This document shows positions 26,567-35,529 of a stretch of DNA of 40,511 nucleotides, one piece after another. The notes beneath the pieces were generated by a model. The model was not told the DNA's origin and ran no database searches. It was given only the letters and a program-made list of their open reading frames with translations. The position numbers and the translations under genes were made by a program. Numbering within the stretch: the stretch's first letter is position 1; each line of letters opens with the position of its first letter. This DNA comes from Bdellovibrionales bacterium (lineage in GTDB: Bacteria > Bdellovibrionota > Bdellovibrionia > Bdellovibrionales > DASUEL01), in contig JBFWOZ010000026.1 of NCBI GenBank assembly GCA_050250255.1, forward strand, positions 1 to 40,511, written 5' to 3'.

Positions 26567-29014
26567 TTGAAAGGATTCCCGATGTTACAAACACGCTACA
26601 TCAATTGTTTGATGCTGACGCTCATGGGAGCACTTGGCTCTCTCTTCGCCCCCGCTCTTGCCTTTGCAAGTGAGGCGAATTTAAAAATTCCCGATCTCAA
26701 CATTTCATTTAATGTTGCGGGTTCGGTAGTTACCGGAAATGACATTCTCATAGTGGGCCTTGTGGTCTGTGTGTTGGGTCTTCTCTTTGGTATTGTGGAA
26801 TTCCTTAAAATTAAAAATTTGCCAGCTCATAAGTCGATGCTCGATATTTCGGCACTCATTTATGAAACTTGCAAAACCTATATGTTCCAACAAGGTCGCT
26901 TCTTGGTGATCCTCGAGATCTTCATCGGCGCTTGTATGATCTATTACTTCTACTTCCTTTCTGGATTTGATGCAGGCCGAGTGGCTCTCATTCTTTTCTG
27001 GTCAGTACTAGGAATTTTGGGATCTTACTCTGTGGCATGGTTCGGTATTCGTATTAATACTTACGCCAACAGCCGTACCGCTTTCGCCTCTCTTCGCGGA
27101 AAACCTTTCCCAGTTATGGACATCCCACTCAAAGCCGGTATGTCCATCGGAGTTCTCCTCATTTGCGTAGAACTTTTCATGATGATCGTGATTTTGATGT
27201 TTGTTCCTAAAGAAAGTGCGGGAGCTTGCTTCATCGGTTTCGCAATCGGTGAATCCCTTGGCGCCAGTGCCCTTCGTATCTGTGGCGGTATCTTTACAAA
27301 GATCGCTGACATCGGGTCCGATTTGATGAAGATCGTTTTCAATATTAAAGAAGACGATGCCCGTAACCCTGGTGTGATCGCCGACTGTGTGGGTGATAAT
27401 GCTGGTGACTCTGTTGGTCCTACCGCTGACGGTTTTGAAACTTACGGTGTAACAGGTGTTGCTCTTATCAGCTTTATCGTTCTCGCCATTGGCGTGACGA
27501 TGGGTGCAGATGGACATACAACTGCGGCGCCTGGTGGTGAATTGATTCAAGCGAAATTGATCGTTTGGATTTTTGCTATGCGTATTTTGATGGTCGTAAC
27601 TTCTGTTGTTTCATACTGGGTGAACGGATTTATCGCAAAAGCACGTTTCGGAAATGCCGATGCTTTTGACTTTGAAGGCCCTCTCACTTGGCTTGTATGG
27701 ATCACTTCTATCGTTTCTATCGCTGTGACTTTCATCGTGAGCAAAGTGTTGATTGAAGACATGGGCCCAACTCTTTGGTGGCGTCTCTCGATGATCATCA
27801 GCTGTGGTACTTTAGCGGCTGCGATCATTCCTGAACTCACAAAAGCTTTTACATCTTCTAAATCGAAGCACGTTGCCGAAGTGGTCAGTGCTTCTCGTCA
27901 AGGTGGAGCTTCTTTAACAATTCTTTCTGGTCTCGTAGCAGGTAACTTCTCTGCGTTCTGGAAAGGTATGGTCATGGTCGGCCTTATGTATGTGGCTTAC
28001 CACTTCTCTGACGGTCTTCCTGCAGAGATGTCGATCCTACACCCAGCTGTATTTGCCTTCGGTCTTGTGGCCTTCGGTATGCTCGGAATGGGCCCTGTCA
28101 CAATCGCGGTAGATAGCTACGGTCCAGTGACAGACAACGCTCAATCAGTATTTGAACTTTCACAGATCGAAGCTATTCCAAACATCAAAGCAGAAATCCA
28201 AAAAGATTTCGGTTTTGCTGCGGATTTTAAACATGGAAAACATCTTCTTGAAGAGAACGACTCTGCTGGTAACACGTTCAAAGCCACAGCTAAGCCTGTG
28301 TTGATCGGTACTGCGGTGATCGGTGCAACAACGATGATCTTCTCGATCATTCTTATGCTTGAACTGAAATTGGATCTTTTAGATCCACGCGTTCTTCTTG
28401 GACTTATCACTGGTGGAGCCGTGATTTACTGGTTCTCTGGTGCTTCGATCCAGGCCGTAACAACTGGTGCTTACCGTGCCGTTGAGTACATCAAAAAGAA
28501 CATTCGTTTGGACTCTGATGCAAAAGCATCTGTCGAGTCTTCAAAAGAAGTTGTGAAGATCTGTACTCAGTACGCACAAGCGGGAATGGTGAACATTTTC
28601 GGCGTGATCTTCTCTCTCACTCTTGCATTTGCATGTTTCGATGCGACCTTCTTCGCAAGCTACCTCATCAGCATCGCTGTGTTTGGTCTTTACCAAGCGA
28701 TGTTCATGGCGAATGCCGGTGGAGCTTGGGATAACGCGAAAAAAGTGGTTGAAGTTGATTTGAAAGAAAAAGGAACTGACCTCCATGCGGCCACAGTTGT
28801 GGGCGACACGGTCGGCGATCCGTTCAAAGATACTTCTTCCGTAGCTCTTAACCCAATCATTAAGTTCACAACTCTCTTCGGTCTTCTCGCGGTGGAAATC
28901 GCGGTGCAGTCGAAAGAAGTGTCCTTCTGGATTGGAATCGTAGCGTTTGTGATCGGTCTTGGATTTGTATGGCGCTCATTCTACGGAATGCGCACTTCTG
29001 CAATCAAGGGCTAA
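26567..29014 (+). CDS. hppA: Membrane-bound ion-translocating pyrophosphatase (divergent, K+-independent type)
   Basis: GGIFTKIADIGSDL, EDDARNPGVIADCVGDNAGD, DSYGPVTDNA, GNTFKATAK, GGAWDNAKK, GDTVGDPFKD. Confidence 0.95.
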   Translation: MKGFPMLQTRYINCLMLTLMGALGSLFAPALAFASEANLKIPDLNISFNVAGSVVTGNDILIVGLVVCVLGLLFGIVEFLKIKNLPAHKSMLDISALIYETCKTYMFQQGRFLVILEIFIGACMIYYFYFLSGFDAGRVALILFWSVLGILGSYSVAWFGIRINTYANSRTAFASLRGKPFPVMDIPLKAGMSIGVLLICVELFMMIVILMFVPKESAGACFIGFAIGESLGASALRICGGIFTKIADIGSDLMKIVFNIKEDDARNPGVIADCVGDNAGDSVGPTADGFETYGVTGVALISFIVLAIGVTMGADGHTTAAPGGELIQAKLIVWIFAMRILMVVTSVVSYWVNGFIAKARFGNADAFDFEGPLTWLVWITSIVSIAVTFIVSKVLIEDMGPTLWWRLSMIISCGTLAAAIIPELTKAFTSSKSKHVAEVVSASRQGGASLTILSGLVAGNFSAFWKGMVMVGLMYVAYHFSDGLPAEMSILHPAVFAFGLVAFGMLGMGPVTIAVDSYGPVTDNAQSVFELSQIEAIPNIKAEIQKDFGFAADFKHGKHLLEENDSAGNTFKATAKPVLIGTAVIGATTMIFSIILMLELKLDLLDPRVLLGLITGGAVIYWFSGASIQAVTTGAYRAVEYIKKNIRLDSDAKASVESSKEVVKICTQYAQAGMVNIFGVIFSLTLAFACFDATFFASYLISIAVFGLYQAMFMANAGGAWDNAKKVVEVDLKEKGTDLHAATVVGDTVGDPFKDTSSVALNPIIKFTTLFGLLAVEIAVQSKEVSFWIGIVAFVIGLGFVWRSFYGMRTSAIKG

Positions 29015-29045
29015 GAAATTCGGAGATCACAATCTCTTGAAACCG

Positions 29046-29074
29046 AAAAAGGCGATGGGAACATCGCCTTTTTT
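29046..29074 (+). terminator. Rho-independent terminator after hppA
   Basis: AAAAA-GGCGATG-GGAA-CATCGCC-TTTTTT. Confidence 0.9.
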
Positions 29075-29137
29075 ATTGATGAAATGTAATTCTTATCGCG
29101 ACTGTCAGTTTTTTATATAGTTCAAATTGATTTAAAG

Positions 29138-29214
29138 GCTCCATTACGGAGCACTTTCATTTTGCTCCACTTTGGAGCAAACCAACTTGTGGTTTCAAAA
29201 CTCCTTCGTATAAT
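29138..29214 (+). promoter_or_regulatory. Two GCTCC-N5-GGAGC palindromes followed by a sigma70 promoter (leaderless)
   Basis: GCTCCATTACGGAGC (29138-29152), GCTCCACTTTGGAGC (29164-29178), then TTGTGG-N16-TATAAT-N6-ATG(29221). Confidence 0.65.
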
Positions 29215-29220
29215 GCGCCC

Positions 29221-30021
29221 ATGCAATTAGATACGAATGACAAAAAACAGACGACCAATTTCAGAAAGTTCTTACAACAAGAATTGATGAAACGTTGCGA
29301 GCGTAACCCTAGCTACTCTTTAAGAGCCTTTGCAAAGAGCTTGCGTTTAAGTCATGCCACTTTGTCACACATTCTCGCTGGTCGTCGTCCACTCACAAAC
29401 AAAATGATTCAGCGAATTGGTTTAACATTAGGCCTAGGACCGCAAGAAGTCGCTCTCTTTCAATCCCCTACCCGTTCGCAAGCTCAAAACATGGCCCCCA
29501 ACAACTATCATGAGCTCACTATCGATACCTTTACGGCAATTTCGGAATGGTATCATGATGCCATTCTCGAACTCACTCACTTAAAAAACTTTAAAGCAGA
29601 TACTAAATGGATCGCAAAGAGTCTTGGTATCACCATCAACGAAGTCAATATGGCCGCGGAACGGCTCGCACGGCTCGAACTTTTAGAAATCAAAGGTAAG
29701 AAGTGGACTGATCTTTCTCAAAATAACTCCACATCTCTTGATCCTGATTTCACGAGCGTGGCTCTTCGTAAATATCAAAAGAAAATTCTCGAACTTTCGC
29801 TGAAGGCACTTGAAGAAGTTCCCAAAGTAAAGCGCGAGCATGCCTCCAATATGTTGGCGTTTCAAAAATCAGACCTCGAAGAGGTTCGCAAAAGAATCCA
29901 TCGTTTTAGATGGAGTCTTACAAAATTTATTCAAAGAAAAGAAGCCAAGCCGGATGAAGTTTACCAGCTTGCATTGTCCTTTTTCCCAATAACAAAAGAT
30001 AAAATCCAAGGAGGATTCTAA
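29221..30021 (+). CDS. TIGR02147/DUF4423-family HTH protein
   Basis: RNPSYSLRAFAKSL..S..TLS..L.GRR, ISEWYHDAILEL, WIAKSLGI, EVYQL..SFFP. Confidence 0.9.
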   Translation: MQLDTNDKKQTTNFRKFLQQELMKRCERNPSYSLRAFAKSLRLSHATLSHILAGRRPLTNKMIQRIGLTLGLGPQEVALFQSPTRSQAQNMAPNNYHELTIDTFTAISEWYHDAILELTHLKNFKADTKWIAKSLGITINEVNMAAERLARLELLEIKGKKWTDLSQNNSTSLDPDFTSVALRKYQKKILELSLKALEEVPKVKREHASNMLAFQKSDLEEVRKRIHRFRWSLTKFIQRKEAKPDEVYQLALSFFPITKDKIQGGF

Positions 30022-30596
30022 TGAAAACACTATTTACACTTATTTTATTAAGCATGGCGTTCAATGATGTTCAGGCTAACGACTACGCGATCAAAGCCAA
30101 AAATAAAACGGATCAAATATTTGCCGACAAAGCTCGCGGCGGAGAGTGCGAGGGTATCAGTTGTCCCAGAACAATCGGATACATGCAAAATGGTGCTGTT
30201 CAAACAGCCTACTTAAAATCTCTCGCCTGCACTGGTAGTCGCTATGATTCCAACACTGGATTACAGTCTGTAGTGAGTATCGCCCCACAATCAACCTCGG
30301 CTTTCGCGGGGAACTTACAGTATACAAAGAGTAAACGGAACCATTCTTCTGGTTATGGAGATTTTGGTGTTTATCAAAAAAATGTCTATTATCAAGCGAT
30401 AGTTGAGGACCTCCATTATGTGATCACTTTAGGATCAAAGCCAACGTTCGGAAACAGTTATCAACTATCAATTATTAAGGTCGCAAAAACCCCGTCTACA
30501 GAGACTCCTTCGTTCTTTATTTATCAACGTATAAAAGATGGCCAAACAGTAGCAATCGATCAAGTACCGCTTCATTGTGTTGCTTTAAGCATTTAA
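30021..30596 (+). CDS. Secreted hypothetical protein, translationally coupled to the TIGR02147 gene
   Basis: TAATG stop/start overlap, GGAGG SD, signal peptide, 4 Cys. Confidence 0.8.
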   Translation: MKTLFTLILLSMAFNDVQANDYAIKAKNKTDQIFADKARGGECEGISCPRTIGYMQNGAVQTAYLKSLACTGSRYDSNTGLQSVVSIAPQSTSAFAGNLQYTKSKRNHSSGYGDFGVYQKNVYYQAIVEDLHYVITLGSKPTFGNSYQLSIIKVAKTPSTETPSFFIYQRIKDGQTVAIDQVPLHCVALSI

Positions 30597-30603
30597 TTCG
30601 TTT

Positions 30604-30632
30604 GGGCTCCTACGGAGCCCGCTGTTTCTTTT
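30604..30632 (+). terminator. Probable terminator
   Basis: GGGCTCC-TAC-GGAGCCC followed by a T-rich tract. Confidence 0.55.
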
Positions 30633-30832
30633 ATGTTCACGACATCACTTTGATTGGCGCAGATGAACAGTTGATCCGAGTCATAAATTAATCAATCCCC
30701 TTCATCACTCATATTTTGAAGTGCCCAGAATTGTCATTGCTGACGAGAACCAGCAGTAAAAACTGCTCTAAATCGTTGTAATCATGAGTGAAGCTTTATT
30801 TAAAGGAATGGTTTTTGCTCTTTCCTTCAGAC

Positions 30833-31465
30833 ATGAAGCTCTCTTCACTTCTCTTCACTTCTGTTTTTATCGCCTCAGGCGTTGCTCAAGCAACGAATTC
30901 GGCAAACCTTGTCCACGAGCTACGGCAAGCAAAAGATCGCACACGCATTGATCTCACACGATACGAAAAAGATATCGATGAACAAATCAAATCCGTTATG
31001 AACATCAATACTCGTGATGTCCTTGGAGGACAATCCGATCAAGTTCTCACACGTATTAAAGAGACCGTTGATAATAATTTAGCGCAAAAGAATGAAGCCA
31101 GGCTCCGCGGAGAATTCTGGGACCAACTGATTTACCGAGTGGCTTCGCATTATTCCTCTGGCTCCGCGAAGGATTTTTTTAATATTTCTTTTCTGGAATT
31201 AGCCCGTACCGAACTTGGCAGCGGTACGAATAAATCGGAAGTGACGAGCGAGTATTGGTTTTTTCTTTTAAATCTCCATGTCGCTTTAAAAACGATGTCA
31301 GAGAAAATCGAAGACCCTATTCGCTTTATTGAGTCCTATCTCAATTACTCAACAATCTCTAATCCAAAACCAGTTTCGGGATTTCGAAGCAACGATACCT
31401 CTTATTTAAACGAGACGTCTCAAGAATCTCTACGCGCTAAAAAAACCACCACCGACGAAGAATAA
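30833..31465 (+). CDS. Secreted hypothetical helical protein
   Basis: Signal peptide MKLSSLLFTSVFIASGVAQA from ATG 30833 (the ORF track start at 30788 is less likely). Confidence 0.7.
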   Translation: MKLSSLLFTSVFIASGVAQATNSANLVHELRQAKDRTRIDLTRYEKDIDEQIKSVMNINTRDVLGGQSDQVLTRIKETVDNNLAQKNEARLRGEFWDQLIYRVASHYSSGSAKDFFNISFLELARTELGSGTNKSEVTSEYWFFLLNLHVALKTMSEKIEDPIRFIESYLNYSTISNPKPVSGFRSNDTSYLNETSQESLRAKKTTTDEE

Positions 31466-31471
31466 TACCTA

Positions 31472-33688
31472 CTAATCGCCTCGAATGCGTTCGACATCAA
31501 TCACACCTTTAATTTTCATGAGTTCTTGGCGAACAGCGGAAAGGTGTTTGGTGTTTTTGATACTGACGTCGAAGTCACACACCGCTCGGTTGTCTTTAGA
31601 GGTACGAATACTTGCATTATGAATGTCCACTCCTTGAGCGCGGAAAACTTCGGTCATCTCATTGAGAAGTCCCATAATATTTTGGCTCGTAATACGCATT
31701 TTAATGGGTCTTGAGGCATCGGCCGCTTTTGTCCAACTCACATCTACCTGGCGACCCTGGTCGACTTCGTAGGCCTTTTTACATGTGGCGGAATGGATCG
31801 TAATTCCGCGACCACGAGAAATCGTCCCAACGATGGGATCTCCTGGAATCGGACTACAGCACTTTCCAAAACGCACGAGAACATCACTAATACCATCGAC
31901 CTCAATCAGAGAACTCGATTTTTTTGTACGCCCAATCGCCGCTTTGAAAGCTTTGCCGATAAAGGATTTTGGCTCTTCAGCCTCTTTCTCTTGAGGCTTC
32001 AAGTCTGGATTAAAAGTTCGAACTACGTCGAGAGGGTCAATCTTACCGTAACTTGCTTGCACAAAGAGTTCGTCCACATCGGCTAAGCGAAAATGTCTTA
32101 CGACTTTTTCAAACTCTTCCGTCTTAACCACTTTTTGAAGACTTACTCCAGCTTTACGGAACTCTCGTTCGAGCATTTCTTTTCCAAGCGCAATGCCCTT
32201 CACGCGCTCTTCTTGCCTAACAAAGTTACGAATCTTACTCTGAGCACGACTCGTAATACACATCTTCAGCCAATCCTTAGAAGGATGCTGAGTTGGAGAT
32301 GTCATAATCTCTATCGTGTCACCGCTTGTGAGTTTATGTTTTAACGGAACGATTCGCCCATTCACTTTTGCACCGACCGATTTATTTCCCACGTCGGTGT
32401 GAACACTGTAGGCAAAATCGAGTGGAGTGGCCCCGTCTGGTAGAGGCTTTACCTCTCCAGCTGGTGTAAATACATATATTTCAGATTCAAAAAGATCTGT
32501 TTTGATCGTTTCTAAAAATTCATTGGAATCATTTGTCTGCTGATGATGGGCTACAAGATCTCGAAGCCAATGAAAACGTTTTTCGGTCATCGCATCGATT
32601 TCGCGTTTTTCTTTATATTTCCAATGAGCCGCAATCCCACGTTCCGCCACCAGGTGCATATCGTTCGTGCGGATTTGAATTTCGATGCGTTCCCCTTCGG
32701 GACCAATCACCGTCGTGTGCAAACTCTGATAGTTATTCGCCTTCGGCATTGCAATGAAGTCTTTAAATCGACCTGGAATCGGTTTCCAGAGTGAATGCAC
32801 GTGGCCCAACACTTCGTAACACTGCGCGAGTGTTTCGGGAATTACGCGAAACGCGAGCACATCATGAACTTCATCGTAATCAATATTGTTAAGTTCCATT
32901 TTTTTATAAATGGAGTAGAGATGCTTTGGTCTTCCCTGCACTTCCGCTTTGACTTTTCCCTTGAGAAGTTCTTGAGTCAAAATACGCTTTACTTCTTCAA
33001 TATATCTTTCGCGCTCTTTCTTTTTCTTCGCCACTTTTTGCGCGAGACTGTAATACATGTCGGGCTTTAAATAACGAAAACTTAAATCTTCTAACTCGAT
33101 TTTGATAGAGCTAATCCCCAAACGATTTGCAAGTGGTGCATAGATATCAAGAGTTTCCTGAGCGATGAGAGCCTGTTTGTCGTAAGGCATGTGATTGAGA
33201 GTACGCATGTTATGCAGGCGATCTGCGAGCTTCACTAGAATTACCCGCACATCCTTACCCATAGCGATGATCATCTTGCGAATGTTTTCGCCCTGCTTTT
33301 CGTGCATATGACGAAACGTCATTCTCGAAATTTTTGTAACACCATCAACGAGTGCTGAAATTTCTGAACCAAAATTTTGGAGAACATCATCGAGAGTGAC
33401 GTGCGTGTCTTCTACGGTATCGTGAAGGAGGCCGGTGATGATTGTTGGGGCATCAAGTTTGAGATCTGCGAGAATCGCCGCAACTCCGAGTGGATGAGAA
33501 ATATAGGGTTCACCACTTCGGCGAATTTGTCCTAGATGAGCTTTTTCGGAAAAATCATAGGCTTTACGAATGAGTTCGATATCGGCGACGGGATTGTATT
33601 CAGAAATACGTGCCACAAGCTCATCGATGGTCTTTGGGACCTTATCGACGATCTTCTCAATGGCAAACGGTGCTGTGGTATCTGACAT
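31472..33688 (-). CDS. spoT: Bifunctional (p)ppGpp synthetase/hydrolase (long RSH)
   Basis: Intact HD motif LLHDTVED; RFKD, YQSLHT, EIQIRT; TGS, Cys (KCC..H..C) and ACT domains. Confidence 0.96.
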   Translation of the reverse strand: MSDTTAPFAIEKIVDKVPKTIDELVARISEYNPVADIELIRKAYDFSEKAHLGQIRRSGEPYISHPLGVAAILADLKLDAPTIITGLLHDTVEDTHVTLDDVLQNFGSEISALVDGVTKISRMTFRHMHEKQGENIRKMIIAMGKDVRVILVKLADRLHNMRTLNHMPYDKQALIAQETLDIYAPLANRLGISSIKIELEDLSFRYLKPDMYYSLAQKVAKKKKERERYIEEVKRILTQELLKGKVKAEVQGRPKHLYSIYKKMELNNIDYDEVHDVLAFRVIPETLAQCYEVLGHVHSLWKPIPGRFKDFIAMPKANNYQSLHTTVIGPEGERIEIQIRTNDMHLVAERGIAAHWKYKEKREIDAMTEKRFHWLRDLVAHHQQTNDSNEFLETIKTDLFESEIYVFTPAGEVKPLPDGATPLDFAYSVHTDVGNKSVGAKVNGRIVPLKHKLTSGDTIEIMTSPTQHPSKDWLKMCITSRAQSKIRNFVRQEERVKGIALGKEMLEREFRKAGVSLQKVVKTEEFEKVVRHFRLADVDELFVQASYGKIDPLDVVRTFNPDLKPQEKEAEEPKSFIGKAFKAAIGRTKKSSSLIEVDGISDVLVRFGKCCSPIPGDPIVGTISRGRGITIHSATCKKAYEVDQGRQVDVSWTKAADASRPIKMRITSQNIMGLLNEMTEVFRAQGVDIHNASIRTSKDNRAVCDFDVSIKNTKHLSAVRQELMKIKGVIDVERIRGD

Positions 33689-33757
33689 GCAAGCTCCGCA
33701 TAATTCATCGGGCAGAAGCTAGCAAAACTATACGAATTTATTGAAAAATCTTAAATT

Positions 33758-33997
33758 CTATCGGTTTAGATCCGCTTGAATTTGCTCTTCTTCTGTCCCC
33801 TCAGTAAGGTCCGCTTCGTAAGTCACTGAGCCATGGGCTACTTCTCTCAAAGATTGAACGATGTACTTGTTATCGGCCAAAGGGATCGTCGACTGGGAGC
33901 CTTTTAAAAGCTGCTTAGCTCTTTTCGCAACAAGCATGACTAATGCAAAGCGATTAGGAACCATCTCGAGACAATCTTCAACCGTAATACGTGCCAT
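33758..33997 (-). CDS. rpoZ: RNA polymerase omega subunit
   Basis: [23 protein letters not shown]. Confidence 0.96.
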   Translation of the reverse strand: MARITVEDCLEMVPNRFALVMLVAKRAKQLLKGSQSTIPLADNKYIVQSLREVAHGSVTYEADLTEGTEEEQIQADLNR

Positions 33998-34044
33998 GGG
34001 TTTACCTCAGAAATCTTTTATAGAAATGACCAAAACACTAGGAG

Positions 34045-34620
34045 TTACCGTGAATTGAATAATTCTTCAATAATTTTCTTAAACTGTGCGTAAGCACGAT
34101 CAAAATCATCATTCACAATTTGGTGCTGAAATTGAGGCGCAAGAGCGATTTCTCGGCCCGCAGCTTCAAGTCTCATTTGAAGATTGCTCGTCTTCCCTTT
34201 ATCCCGTTTTTCGAGTCTACGACGCAATTCGTCAATGTTCGGGGGCAGAATAAAGATAGTGGTCGCATCCGGGTAAATCTTGCGAAAGCTGTGAGCCCCC
34301 TGCACATCTACATCCGTAATCGCCCACTTCCCTTGAGCCCGTGCGCGATCGACCTGATTTTTAGGAGTGCCGTAAAAGTTTCCGTAAACTTCGGCCCACT
34401 CAATAAAGTGACCCTTATCTCGGAGCTGAAGAAATCGCTCTCGATCCATGAAGAAGTAAGGGTCCCCTTCGGCCTCTCCTGGGCGCATCGCACGAGTGGT
34501 ACAACTAATGAGTTCAACAAGTTGATCAAAATCCTCCACAGCCTTTCTACAAAAGCTGGATTTGCCGGCCCCACTGGGAGCGGACACGACAATTAAAGGG
34601 GTGATCTGCAGTTTACTCAT
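34045..34620 (-). CDS. gmk: Guanylate kinase
   Basis: SAPSGAGKSS, SCTTR..RPGE..G..Y.F, EWAEVYGNFYGT, DVQGA. Confidence 0.96.
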   Translation of the reverse strand: MSKLQITPLIVVSAPSGAGKSSFCRKAVEDFDQLVELISCTTRAMRPGEAEGDPYFFMDRERFLQLRDKGHFIEWAEVYGNFYGTPKNQVDRARAQGKWAITDVDVQGAHSFRKIYPDATTIFILPPNIDELRRRLEKRDKGKTSNLQMRLEAAGREIALAPQFQHQIVNDDFDRAYAQFKKIIEELFNSR

Positions 34621-35495
34621 TCGATGTTCTGAGCCTGTTCGCGTATTCGCTCAACGATGGCTTTTGCCTCCACTACACTCTGAGTTAATTTTGCCACCTG
34701 ACTCTTCGAACCGATAGTATTGATTTCTCGAAGAAGTTCTTGTGTATAAAAGTCGAGTTTCTTCCCCTGACTTTTAGTCGCGCCCACTAAATCTTTCATG
34801 GCCTTTACGTGCTCACCTAAACGGGAAATCTCTTCGGAAATATCCGACTTCTCTACCATCATCGCGACTTCTTGCATATAACGAGGCTCTTGCTCGAGTT
34901 TTTTAAGTCCTAAAGCTTCGATCTTGTCTTGCATGTTTTTTCGAATCTCTTTGTTGGCGGCTTCACGCAATTTTCCAAATACCATCACCTGAGCTTCTAG
35001 CTCTTCCAAAAGACTCAGCATAATCTTTTGCAGGCCACTTCCCTCGCGTTCTCGTTCTTTGTCACAAGCTTCGAGAGCACTTTTCAATGCTTCTAAGAGA
35101 ATCTTCTTTTCACTGGAGTCGATCTCCATGTTTTCTTCCATAGTGATCACATCAGGTAGGCGGGAGATCATATCAAGGGATGGTTCCGCTTTAAGTTTTA
35201 AATCTTCACCAAGTTTTTTATAACTTTCGATCCAGATCTTTGCTACTTCGGATCTCACCACACTTTTATGCGTGAGCGTTTTTGATCCGACTTTTCTTTT
35301 TAAAATGAGATCCACTCTTCCGCGCTCAAAATAATTTTGAACGAGAGATCTCATTTCGGATTCAAAAGGATTAAATTGAACGGGCATTAAAAAACGAACT
35401 TCAAGATATCGGCTATTCAGAGCACGAACAGTACTTTCAATTTGAAATTCGTCAGTACCAGATAAGTGAGATCCAAAGCCTGTCATGCTTTTCAT
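34617..35495 (-). CDS. yicC: YicC/YloC-family endoribonuclease
   Basis: MKSMTGFG, NSRYLE, DISEEISRL..H, GKKLDF..QE..RE.NTIGSK, REQAQNIE. Confidence 0.95.
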   Translation of the reverse strand: MKSMTGFGSHLSGTDEFQIESTVRALNSRYLEVRFLMPVQFNPFESEMRSLVQNYFERGRVDLILKRKVGSKTLTHKSVVRSEVAKIWIESYKKLGEDLKLKAEPSLDMISRLPDVITMEENMEIDSSEKKILLEALKSALEACDKEREREGSGLQKIMLSLLEELEAQVMVFGKLREAANKEIRKNMQDKIEALGLKKLEQEPRYMQEVAMMVEKSDISEEISRLGEHVKAMKDLVGATKSQGKKLDFYTQELLREINTIGSKSQVAKLTQSVVEAKAIVERIREQAQNIE

Positions 35496-35529
35496 GATTC
35501 ACTCTCCGAGATCCTCTCTCGCCAGTCAA

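Noticed and set aside
35496..35529. No hfq after mutL-miaA and no remA/DUF370 between yicC and gmk
   Set aside because: Gene-order variation only; absence from the genome cannot be judged from this window.
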